From contig JBEWZL010000043.1 of the NCBI GenBank assembly GCA_045837725.1, positions 124,001-188,000 of the forward strand: a stretch of DNA of 64,000 nucleotides. Direction: 5' to 3'. The notes under the pieces are model-generated. The model was not told the origin of the DNA and made no database searches. It saw nothing but the letters and a program-made list of their open reading frames with translations. Numbering within the stretch: the first letter of the stretch is position 1; every line of letters begins with the position of its first letter. Shown here one piece after another: positions 12,700 to 24,143 of the stretch. The position numbers and the translations under genes were made by a program. This stretch comes from Vermamoeba vermiformis. Taxonomy: Eukaryota.

Positions 12700-15600
12700 A
12701 TGGACCGTGAAACCGAGCCCTTAATTCTTAATGATAAGGCCCGTAAAAGAACAAGCTTCAGCGAGAAGGTAAGCTAAACTCTAAAAATAGGAACTTCAAT
12801 CCAAGCTTGTAAAATCTTTTTTAATGACCTCCTTTACATGTGGTAATAATAATCCTACCATGCAAATAATTTTGTATATCGATAATGATCTATTTAAACA
12901 CGAAATCTGGTCCCGCTAATCTGATCCTTAAAAAACCATTTTATTTTTAAAATTTCTATTTTTCGATCTTAATGCTTCAATTGCTCTAAATTTCATAATT
13001 TATATATCGATCTATAACTAGTTTAATAATTTGTAATGCCTTGCTCATTACTGATTTCGATCAGCTTCGAACTCAAGTATTGACGGCGGATAATTGCAAA
13101 TGCTTATCACTCTGGTCCTTTATATTCATATTCTACGGCATTCTAATGATGATTGTCGTCCTCCGCGCGAATTCAATGCCAGAACTTGTTCCGCTCTCCG
13201 CAGATCCGACTGTATTTTCAGAAGAAAGGTAAGAAAAACTCTAATACCTACTACATGCAACACAAATTATGTTAATACCACTGACAATAAGACTCTAGCC
13301 TTTATTATCGGATAACAATTTTCTCGATCGGATTTGTAAAGTAACATTTTTTTAATCCAGAGCCCGTATACCTTTGAAATATTTAACCACCGATATCGGA
13401 GCACGTCCGATGTGTTCACTGAAAAACGCTGCAGCACGTGACTACTTATTGAACACCTTGCACGAGCTGGCCAATCAAACCAAACACTTGTTCGTGTCGA
13501 CGGATGACTTTGGCAACATTTTGTCCGTGCTCGAAGGCAGCAATGGACCTGACAACGCCTTGTTAGTCTCCTCGCACTATGATACTGTATTGTTGAGCCC
13601 TGGTAAGTGTAACGGATCCAAAGCTCGAGCCAAAAAAAAAAGACTTCAATTACCCCAAAATAATATATAACATATAATAGTAATGACGATCTAAAGGTCG
13701 ATAATATTTTAATATTTAGCAATAATTGGATAATTCAATTTTTTTCAATGTTATCCCCATGAACGTCGTGTATTGATTATTTCATATAACCACAGGTGCC
13801 TACGACGACACATCAGGTGTGGTGACGATTCTCGAAGTGTTGCGCGCATTAGTTCACTCGCCACAACTGCCACACAGCGTCTTGTTCTTGTTGAACAACG
13901 GCGAAGAAATGGGGCTCTTGGGCTCAGCGTACTTCGTGCAAAACAGTCCTTACGCACAACAGTAAGAATTTCATTTTCACTGAACGAAATTTATTCATGA
14001 AAAAATATATCGCCGTTCGAATGTCATTTTGACTCATTTTTTCTTGTTAGCGTCGCTGGCTTTGTCAATATGGACAGCATTCCCGGCACCAAGCCGATGT
14101 TGTTCGAAGTGACTGGCTCGTGGATGGAACAAGAATTTGCTAAAGTCGTGCCCAGACCTCTTGGAAACGTAGCTGTAAGTCGACCCGAAAAACATGGTTG
14201 TCAAAACAAAATCCGCAAACATAACCAGAGTGTGACGTGTCAAAAGAGATTGTATTTGTTTGACGTTGGAATTCTTTTTAGGGCTCAGACACGTTCCAAA
14301 ACGGATTGACCTTGGGCTCGTCGACTGATTTCCTGAACTACGCCACGCTCAATGTCTCTGGCCTTGATTTTGCTTTCTTTGACCGAAGGTACGCATTTGA
14401 TCATACTTTAGACTCGCATTTCACTCGAAAGAATCTGTTATTGGTCTTAATCTAAGGCAAAAATTGTCCTTAAGTTTGACGCGTGTCAAGTTGACATTTG
14501 TACGAAGTGATTTTGACACTTGGTTTTTTCAGACAATTCTACCACTCGTTGCAAGACAACTACGAGCGCATGGAGAACGGCAGCATTCAGTTCTTGGGCG
14601 ACAACATTCTCGCTGCTGTCAAGGCCTTTGCTGCCAATGACAAGCTGAACAAGTCTGACTCGGATCACGGTCCTCGTGTCTTCTTTGACATTTCAGGTAC
14701 GAATATACAATCCCTTATACGTGCCTATTTAACGCTACTGTTATTTTCTTAGAAATTTCAATGGTTGTTTACAGCAAATCAACTGGCACTTTGCTCAACG
14801 TCATCTTTTTGATCTTATTGGCTGCCTTCGTTGTTTTGGCTGGCGTGTCATTCAGGTACGAAGGTTAATCATATTATACTCGAATATTATACTAAAGACC
14901 TTAATTATTACAGAGGAGACAAGTTGGATTTTTACACGTACGATGAAGACAAGAGCGTGATTGTCGGATTTTTCCGCGGCTTCGTAACGCACATCTTGAG
15001 CATCATTGCTGGTTTTGGTATTGCGCTCCTCGTTGCGTTTTTGATCAGCTTGTGGAACCCTTTCTTCTATAATACTTCGTTGCCCATTGCTTTGTTCACT
15101 TACGGATCTGCAACTTTTGTTGGTTACTTTTTGGTACGTTTATTCATTTAAAAATATTTGTTTCTATGTATAATATTATAATACTAATGATATTATATAG
15201 GTCCGATGGCTTGCTGATCGCATGAACGTGAGGTTGAAACTTTCAGATCGAGCGCAAGAAACAGATGCGTTCTTCGGTCTTCAAGTGACTTGGGTCGTGT
15301 TCTTAATTATCGCTGCTATTGTTTCGAACCACTACGGCACTGCTTATGTCTTGACTTTCTTCGGCATCTTCTCGTTTGGTGGCCTTATCGTCCAATTCAC
15401 GATTGCCTTCTATGGCCGAAATTTCATCTTGGTTTCTGGTACGCAATTGTAGCTATTTTTAGCAATATTTACTAACAGGTAAGCAGTCAATACTGATCGA
15501 TTCTTGTTGGCCTTGCTTGTCTTCATGGTTTCAACCTTCTTGCCAGTGTGGCTGTTGATGGAGTTCGTCTTCTTGTTCCTTAAATTCGCCGTACAAGGCA

Positions 15601-16584
15601 AGTATAATAACCTATACTGGGCGGCACTGGCTAACAAAATAATTCATCGCTAGGCTTTGGTGACGTCGTTGTAGCCGGTCTCGTGGCGTTGGTTATCGTC
15701 GTGTCACTGTTGAGTGTCATTCCTTTGACTACATATGTGCGCAGTTACGGCAAGGTCCTCATCGTGTCGTTGATTGTGCTTGTCATCTGCGTGCTCGTGG
15801 CATCATTCAAAGCTCCTTATGACGTCGACCATCCTCAGCGATTGAACGTCAATCACTTGTACCGCCCCTTCGACAACAGTACGTCAGATCTGCTGAAAGT
15901 TTTTGCACATGATACTTAACACTATAGTATAGGTACTCACCCTAGTGTCCTTGTTGTTGCAGCGCTCAATCACGCGAAAGATTTGTCGGAAGTGTTGAAG
16001 GACTCGTTCAAATACGACCCGTCAAGTTTCGAATGCGAAGCAGGTGTATCGCTCTGTTACATCTACGTGCCTGCGCCCAACGTCACCATGGCACAATACA
16101 TTGCTACGAACATGACTGTTGGCGAGGCTCCTAATAATAATGCTAGCAAAGTGTGCACATTCAACCTCGACATGTTCAACAACGGATCTTTCTTCCACAA
16201 ACTGCACTTTGACGATAACGTAAGTCTTATACGTATTATATCCGAATATTCGATGTTGATAGTGATACCTTTTTGTGAATCCAGATCAAGGTGGATGTGG
16301 TGATTGAAGGAGGTGTGCCATTGGCCGAATTGAACAGCAAACCCTTGGGCTACAAGAACTACGGTCCTAATTGGACTTGGAATATCTCGATCGATCTTGC
16401 AAATGTGGCAAGCGACGAGATCAAGGCCAAACTTACCGCGCACTGGAACGACATCCAGTTCTCAAACGGCATTCAGCACTTCGTCTCTGTGTTGCCTGAT
16501 TGGGCTACATTTGTTGGCCGCGGCAGTGGTCTTGTGATCGTCGAGCAGTATGTTGAAATTAATATTGCTGCTTGCAGAAAGTGA
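12700..16584 (+). CDS. ER metallopeptidase 1-like (M28 family) multi-pass membrane peptidase
   Basis: M28 motifs LLVSSHYDTV, PGAYDDTSGV, LNNGEEMGLLGS, STDF and FYHSLQD, followed by about 8 TM helices and PYDVDHPQRL. Confidence 0.88.
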
Positions 16585-17369
16585 TCGCAGATCTGACTGG
16601 TGAGCAAATCCAATGCAATTTTATTGTACATTACTACTTGACCGTATAAATTGTCCACAAACGAATAAAATGAAGATATATAATACAATGTAAAAGAGAC
16701 CATACGGTGTCTGAGTTGGCTTGTTAATAGCGTACTGTTGTGGATCCTAAAAAACAATTATTAGTTCCCGCGCTTTTTTGAAGCCCCAGTTTGAATATTA
16801 ATATTAGTAGTACATAAATAGTATTGAAATAAACCGAAGGACGGAGTAAATTGCACGAATAAGGTTAAATGAGACAGATGTGTTTCTAATTATTAAATCA
16901 ATTTAGGCAATTTTGCAATCCAATTTAAATAATTCTTGTGCGTTTTTTATGGCCTAATGTGATATTATTTGAATTTATTTATTTTTTTACCTTTATAGCG
17001 ACTTTTTTGAACGAAGATAATGACCACGCATTTGGATAAACAAATTTGTCCGCCCAAGCTTCATTTCCTCGACTAATGTCCTATATTATTATTATTATAA
17101 CAAGTACAGTTGAGAAGCGCTAGTGTTTAATATTTTGGTGTCAGATCCGCTTACTCTATCGGGCTCGTATTCTCTGGGTACTTTTAAATTCATTCTTACT
17201 TATTTCGTTATTTGTTACGTGAGTACGAACGGCAATCACATTAAAGCCAAAGCTAACTTAATTTCACTGAACCAAGGGCCTGAACCAACCACGCACCAGC
17301 ACATGAAAGTTACCACTTGATTAATTAAAAATATTTACTGTGTAGCGTATAGAACAAGTCAAAGCAAGA

Positions 17370-18746
17370 ATGAGTCTATTAGAGGCAATCACCGCAAAAA
17401 AATCGAATCTAAAGATCACTGAAACGAAAGAGCGAGTGTTTGATCTCGCGCATATGATCAATAAAGATGGTAAGTAATTAGTTTAATTTTAAAGAATTAA
17501 TTTGGGCTTAGTTATTACGGTAGTTATTAAGTTCTTGAATAAATTCTTGCGTAGATTTTTTTACGATTCAGTAGAGGCTACACAACTCATCAATTATTTA
17601 CAGTAGTGATCGTTATGGGTAATTCACCAGGCAAAAGAGGATTGCGAATTTTGTGCTTTGGTAAGGCAAATTAGCTCGCCCATTACACCACATCTGGCCA
17701 CAAAATTAATCAAAATCATCATTACTCCTTAAAATATTAAGAATATTATTAATGTTTTATTTCAGTATTGAAATTAATTTTATTTTTCTTAGGCGACAGT
17801 TTAACGTGGGGCTACATAGGTCCTTATGGCGTAGACCAGCATCCTTACGCCAATAAATTGGCCGAATTAATTAAAAATGATTTTGCAGAGTATCCTTCAA
17901 TAGAGGTACGACTAAAATCGAATTCTGTGTTGCGGATTGGAATTTGAAAATTTAGATCTCGCATAATATGCTTCCATTTCGATAATCTATCGCTGATATA
18001 GTATGTAGATTATAGCAAAGGGTGTTAATGGCGAAAGAACGCAAAAAATGGCCGACAGGCTTGCAGAAGAATTGAAAAAAGATTCAGATTTTGACGCGAT
18101 TATTCTATTAGGAGGTAAACCCATCATTGCAATAATGAATATGTATACGTTATAATAATCGCTTAAATATTACTTAATTTTCGAGTTCATCAAGACAAAA
18201 CCGGATTTGAATTATCTCGATCTCGCTTTCAACTTCGACTTACTTGATATTATCGAATATTATAGGCACTAATGATGTAGGCGATAAAACACCCGAAAAA
18301 ACAATTGAGAATTTGAAGAATATGCAATCAACTGCGACCAAATATAAGATCGACTTTTTCATCGGAACTTTGCCGCCAGCGAGTACGTAATTAGCCAGTA
18401 TAATTAGCAAAACACATATTAATATCTACGTTTATCTATTTTTACAGAAGCAGATGATATCGATTGGGTACTCGAAGTAAAAACAAAGATCAACGACGGG
18501 ATCAAGTAAGCTTTCTTATCGTTCGAATATTTATCCAAAAATTAACAAGAATGTAGGACGTTAGTGCCTGAGAGCCATTTAAACGACTTTGCGAATGAAC
18601 TACTGATGCACGATCTGTCGGATGAAGAACGAGACAAGTTATGGAGCGACCATTTGCATCTAACAGCAGCCGGATACGATCTCATGGCGGAGATTATTTA
18701 TAAGAAACTTAAAGTTGTGTTACAAGAGCACAAAATACAAAAATAG
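17370..18746 (+). CDS. SGNH/GDSL hydrolase with an N-terminal WH2/thymosin-like peptide; multi-exon
   Basis: Spliced blocks ILCFGDSLTWG, KGVNGERT, ILLGGTND and SDHLHLTAAGY are SGNH blocks I, II, III and V. Exon 1 encodes MSLLEAITAKKSNLKITETKER. Confidence 0.88.
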
Positions 18747-18826
18747 ATCATTGAAAAGTTATTGATCATTATTCTTTAAGAACTGAATCAGTTGAAGGTC
18801 AGGACGAATTGACAACTTTCAGCAAA

Positions 18827-21321
18827 TCACTCGTCAATGTGTTTTTCATGAGCAATTTTGTTGTCATTTGCATTGTTGTTAAGAGCAAACTTTTGCAGCT
18901 GCTTGTTCTCAAGTAGGAGATCTAAAACTTGTGGTTCTTTGATCATGTACTGATAGCAATATCGGTGCTTGCCCTCTGAGAAGAGATGGTTAATGCTGAT
19001 TTTAATCTAAAATAATTGAGATTGAAACACTTACCATTATCAGTTTTCTCAAAGAAGAAAAATCCAGTATCATCTGGCTCAAAACCAAATCGTTTATGAA
19101 AAGCCTTGGGATCCCATGTGAAGTTAGAATTCTTAATGCTGCTGACCATTACATTGGTAATGTGAAGCAGTACTGTTAACAGCAAAATTAGTTCTGTTAT
19201 AAAGCACAGATTCTAACATACTCAGATGAGCTTGAGAATTGTTGCCAGTGCTTGTCATAGATTCCAGTCTCTCATCAATGAAGTCTTTGATCTCACTTTG
19301 TAACATATCCAATGATTCATTGAGAAGCTTTGACATGTTAACTTTTGTACTGCAGTCTCTTGCTTGCTGAAACATAATTCCAATTACTCTCACAACGTAT
19401 CTAAGTCTCCCTTGGAGAAGTTTTGCAGCGTTCTCTTTCACTTCATTGTCTATATCTGACAGATCAAAATATTTTTCCAGAATAGCAAGTGATTCTGTTG
19501 ACTTCACATAGGGAAATGTGTTGATGGCTGATGTTTCAAGGTCAAACCAGTTGTTGCCTTTTGCACCTCCATGTTGTGTGCGACTTGAAAAGTCTATCTT
19601 CTTTTTGCCAGCCACAACAACACTACATTTGGCAGAAGGAAGGGCATCCAACACCATTATCTTCAACAGGTCTCTCTTTGAAGTACTGTGAATTCTGTAA
19701 GATTATGCTTCAATTCATAATCAAGCTGCTTACTCATTGCCACAAGATACATTTTGAATTATTTGGGCTTCATCAACTCCAAACCAAACAAAACCTAATT
19801 CCCCAACAGTTTCTCTAATCAAGTATGTCAAGTTGGCTAATAATGTTGGGTTATCCCCAAAGTGAGAGTCTCTGAAACAAAAAAAATCAGTCCTGGGACA
19901 ACAGAATGTTGGTTACACTTACATGCATAGTGCAAATTCATGTTGAATTTTGTTAATTGTTCTCATTCCTTCAGTGTTGCACCAAAATAGCCATTCAGCT
20001 GGAGTTAATTTTGACTTCAAATGTTTCAACAATCTAAGTCTAGCCAGCCAGAATGCTTGAGCAAGAATAGTGCAGTACTGTGCCGAATGTTGGAAGGATT
20101 TGATGCAATGCCTAAACAATTGGAAGGCCTCATCAAGCTGTTAATGGTTTGGTTAGTGTTCAAGCACAAAGCAATTTGGATGTTTAACTTAAATCAACTT
20201 ACATAATCACCTTTTGCCCTGCCCTCTTCATTCTCACCTTGAATATAAATCAGATATGCATTGTGCCCAATTGCATTCAAAATTGTGCCTGGACAAAGCT
20301 GAGTGAGGATCAATTGGATGGAGAAAATATTACCTGTTTTTCCTGCACCTGACATAGCTCTTAATGTATAAATGTGGTAACCAGGTTTTTTGCTTTGTGA
20401 TTCCATAAATTTGTAAACTGGATCATCAACAGATCTTGGCATGAAACGGATGTCAGCATGCTTGTCCATAAGAGGGTTGAAGAAGATAGACTGCTTTATA
20501 TGTTCTCCAAAAATTGTTTTGAGCTCTTCCATACGTTCTGCTTCTGCTTGCTTAAAGTCAGGAAGATTTAAGTCAGAAATACATTTTTTCTCAATGCCTT
20601 CCAACTCCTGCTTCAGTATTGCAAAGTAGTCTGAGCAATATTAGTTAAGATCATGTTACTCATTAGATTTTGATAGTGCAACATACCTAGTTTAGGTCTT
20701 TTGGCCACTTGATCCACTTTGTCACTAAGCCCAATATCATCAGCGAGGTTATCTTCTCTTTTTCGTTTTTTTGAAGTTTCAGGCTTTTCAGTTGCTAAAT
20801 AGAACTTGTATTAGGATTGATTTTGCAAAAATTTTTGTTGAAGCCAACTTTCAACAACAATTTGTTGATTGTTAGCAATAAGCCATCTATCACATACCTG
20901 GTTCTGCTTGAGACGTCAGTTTTCCAATCCCCGTCCACAACCTTATCACTGAACCAAAAGGTAAGTGAAGAGCCGTGGCTAGGTCTTGATGATCATCAAT
21001 GTAGAGCAATAAACTGCCGTTAATCTTTGCACTTTTCAGGGCAGCCTGGTCCTGCTCGTTGAAGTTCAACTCTTTGCGCGCCCAATCCGCCACTTCTTCA
21101 ATTGTCCACGCTTTGGGCGGCTTATCTTTAAGATTTGGATTAATTAATTGTTTCGATGTTGTATTTAATAGTTATAATGTTAATCGTCGCGAATATTTAC
21201 GATGGATTGGTTTTTGCAGATTTTAAAAGTTTTCGCGCGTACAGTTATATTTTACAAATTGTAATTCAATACAATTTTACAAATTATTACCTTCAAAAGA
21301 ACTTCTCGTATTATTCCCCAT
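18827..21321 (-). CDS. SAM domain + Crinkler-type P-loop NTPase, apparently lacking the usual C-terminal effector domain
   Basis: Exon 1 MGNNTRSSFE; SAM-like AWTIEEVADWA...KINGSLLL...LHLPFG; KKRKR...KRPKL; Walker A AMSGAGKT; LARLRLL...LTPAEWL; Walker B GVDEAQ; LQGRLRY; KEPQV; stop at 18827-18829. The apparent frameshifts resolve as GT-AG introns. Confidence 0.7.
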
Positions 21322-21618
21322 GTTCTCTTGGCGTTAGTTTCTAGGATTAATTTAGCGGATATCCGCTGGAATGAAGAGATCGCTGTTTTCGATTATTAGG
21401 ACTGAGCCACGACTGCTTAAAAGCTTACTTACGTATAAAACGAAGGTGTTGCTTTGCATCAAGCGTAAGTAAACTAAGCTGCGTTCAAAATTGGGCTACC
21501 AAGGATTTTCTTGAACCCGGTTATTTCCTGGCACGAACAAAAACCATGGCCTGGATTGTTTGAGCTTTTAAAGGATTATAATTAGGTAAAAATATGGTTT
21601 ATTTACCTTACAGGCTTT

Positions 21619-22938
21619 TTAGAGTGAATGAATAGGAGCGTCGAAATTGATCTCGGGACCAACAGGAACAATGCCAGTCGGATTGATAGACTTTTGCGAA
21701 CCATAATAACCGGACTTAATATGCTCCATATTTACAGTGCGCTTAATCTCAGGCATTTGATAGAGCTCGCGAGTGAAGCGCCAGAGATTGGGGTAGTCAA
21801 CTAATCTCTTTTTGTTCGTCTTGAAATGACCTAGAATACGAAAAAAATATTACTACATGAGTCAATAATATAATATAACATTACGATTAGGAAAAATAAG
21901 TGGCACTACAGTTCAAAGTTTCGTATCCAGATTCGGATCGAAATTCAATTTTAGTTAATCGCAAGTTTTCGTAAATTTAATTCAGCGTCAATATGTATAC
22001 GTACTATAATATACGGGATCGAAGCGAAGCAAAGTCGTCCACAAACGAACGTCAGCAAGGGTAAGTTTGTCACCGGTCAAGAATCTATTCTTGGACAAAA
22101 TGTCCTCAGCACGGTCCAATGACTCGAATAAAATATAATAACTCTTTTCATAGGCAGCTTGAGTAGTTGCAAATCTATTATTCAATCAGTTTTCTTGGAT
22201 TCAAATCCGGATTTGAATTTAAAATTCAAAGTCATCGCTTACCCGCACTTATAGACAGCGTTATTAATTCCATCGTAAATCCATGCATTCAATTCTTCGA
22301 TTTTTTGCTGCAATTCTTCAGGGTACAAATCTAATTCAGGGTGCTTGGCAAATTGATTGAATTCTTTGTTCAACATTACTATAATCTCTGCGGACTCATT
22401 ATTGACGATCTTTTTGGTCTATATATGTGGTTAATAATCAATGGCATATTAATAGACTGTTACGTACTTGTTTGTCGTATAAAACAGGAACAGTGTAACG
22501 GCCTTCGTAATTCGGATCTGATTGCTTGTACACCTCAGAAATGAAGTTAAAATTGTTGACGCGATCATTACTGGTTGTCAATTTGAAAGGCCTCGAGGAT
22601 GTGATTACGGTGGATGTGGTTGACCCTGGCTTGGGTCCTGAAGGCTGGAATAACGTACCCAAGGGCAAGCATAAGAGACGTACAAGTGGTATCTGTTAGC
22701 CTCAGCTTTAAATCCGCTACTTCCATCAGCAGTAACTTTGTTTCGGAAAGCAGAAGCTAAACAAAATGTTGAATTAATAAATATTTGAATTTATTGCAGC
22801 AGAGTAAAATCTTCGTGTCAAATCCGAGTAAAACGCGCAGGCAAGCAATTTATTCATATTCTTACCTTTGCGCACAAACTCTCCATCCTTATTGTTATGT
22901 TGGGTCACATCGACGCCTTGTTTATTGTCGGCAGACAT
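21619..22938 (-). pseudogene. Glutathionyl-hydroquinone reductase (Xi-class GST, YqjG/ECM4-like); disrupted as assembled by an internal inversion
   Basis: [49 protein letters not shown] and INPTGIVPVGP are all present. The segment expected after CPW lies on the opposite strand (22562-22650). The family call is secure; pseudogene status is not. Confidence 0.75.
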
Positions 22939-23559
22939 ATTTTTCAATAAAGCAAACGCAGATTCGAGCTAGAACTTGTTTTGTTTGATTTTGTCGCGGT
23001 GAATGCTCGTGCAGCTTGTCTTAAAAACTATTTAAAATTGTTTTCAACATTTGGCAATATTTATGGGCGTAAAATAACCTTCCACAAGTTTCTGGAAGAT
23101 CTTTTTCACCTTTCCCGGTCTTCCCGGCGATTTCCGGAAGGTTATTGCGTAATTAATATATTACGGACACTTGCTCCGATAATTTAAAGCCTTTTTTGGA
23201 TTAGATCTACCCACAGTAATTTAATTAATTTCTTGCAGATTGTTAGAGCCCGCGACACGCATCTGACTCAAGCATGCAGGATTCAATTAAAATGCCATTA
23301 AAAGTACAATTCTACTTACTTGTATCGTGCAGTTGTGGTGTTTGATGCTTTGTTACTGATCATTCACAGTTTTTCTTGCCCGCCTTTTTCAACAACACAG
23401 ATGCAACAACTTTGTTTAATTTCACCCTGGTATAGATAAGATCTATTAATGCCACCCTTTTCGCGTGGCGAACCTAACGTCAAACCAAATTACTTCGATC
23501 GACAACCTGGCCAGATTTGATCCGAAACTCTTCGGTGTGAATCAAGTAAGAGTGAAAAA

Positions 23560-23640
23560 TTTTTTTTTTTTTTTTTTTTTTTTTGGGGGCCCAAAGGGGA
23601 AAAAATAAATAAAAAAAAAAATTTCGCGCGACAAAAAAAA
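23560..23640. repeat. T25 homopolymer followed by a G/A-run low-complexity patch
   Basis: 25 consecutive T (23560-23584), then ggggcccaaagggg and several A runs. Confidence 0.85.
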
Positions 23641-24143
23641 ACAGGTCAAGGAGCGATCGTTGAATCTAGCAGATCAATAATATGATCTCATAGCGGAGAA
23701 TATTATAGAAAGCTTAAAGTCGCATTAGAATTGTTTCTGAGTTGAGGATGTCTCGGAGAAACGGAGCCTGTTCAGCCCGTGCTTTAAGTGCGGTTATAGG
23801 GCATATAATAGCATGCAATACACGACACAGTACTATGGTAATCGAAATGCACTATCACGCGTGAGATCCATCGCTCAGTTCTCAATTGTTTCGAAATTTC
23901 AAGAAAGGTTTTAGATGTGTGCGGGAAAGTTGTTTGCTCCTTCCCAACTTGAATGCATAATCAAATAAAGAGACGTAAATTAAAGTCTATTGAATTTAAC
24001 AGAAAGTTCTAAAGCTGTTTCCTAAATTTGGATCTTCTTGTTTGCGCAACAGACACTTTGCAAAAGATTTTTTTTGTCAATAGAACAAATAATTCCGAGC
24101 GCAAGAACATACGAGGCAACAATATTATATTGGATGTGTCGCC

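Noticed and set aside
19133-19222. Apparent frameshift in the Crinkler-like gene
   Set aside because: Resolved by a GT-AG intron (gtatgt...ctaat...taacag) on the minus strand.
21421-21481. Inverted repeat ttacttacg...cgtaagtaa upstream of the Crinkler-like gene
   Set aside because: Only a 9-bp AT-rich stem; cannot be distinguished from chance or assigned to an RNA or MITE.
23280-24000. Possible small gene, retro-element tail or ncRNA around the T25 tract
   Set aside because: Splice-like signals exist, but there is no coherent ORF, target-site duplication or RNA motif; the tract's flank looks like low-quality sequence.
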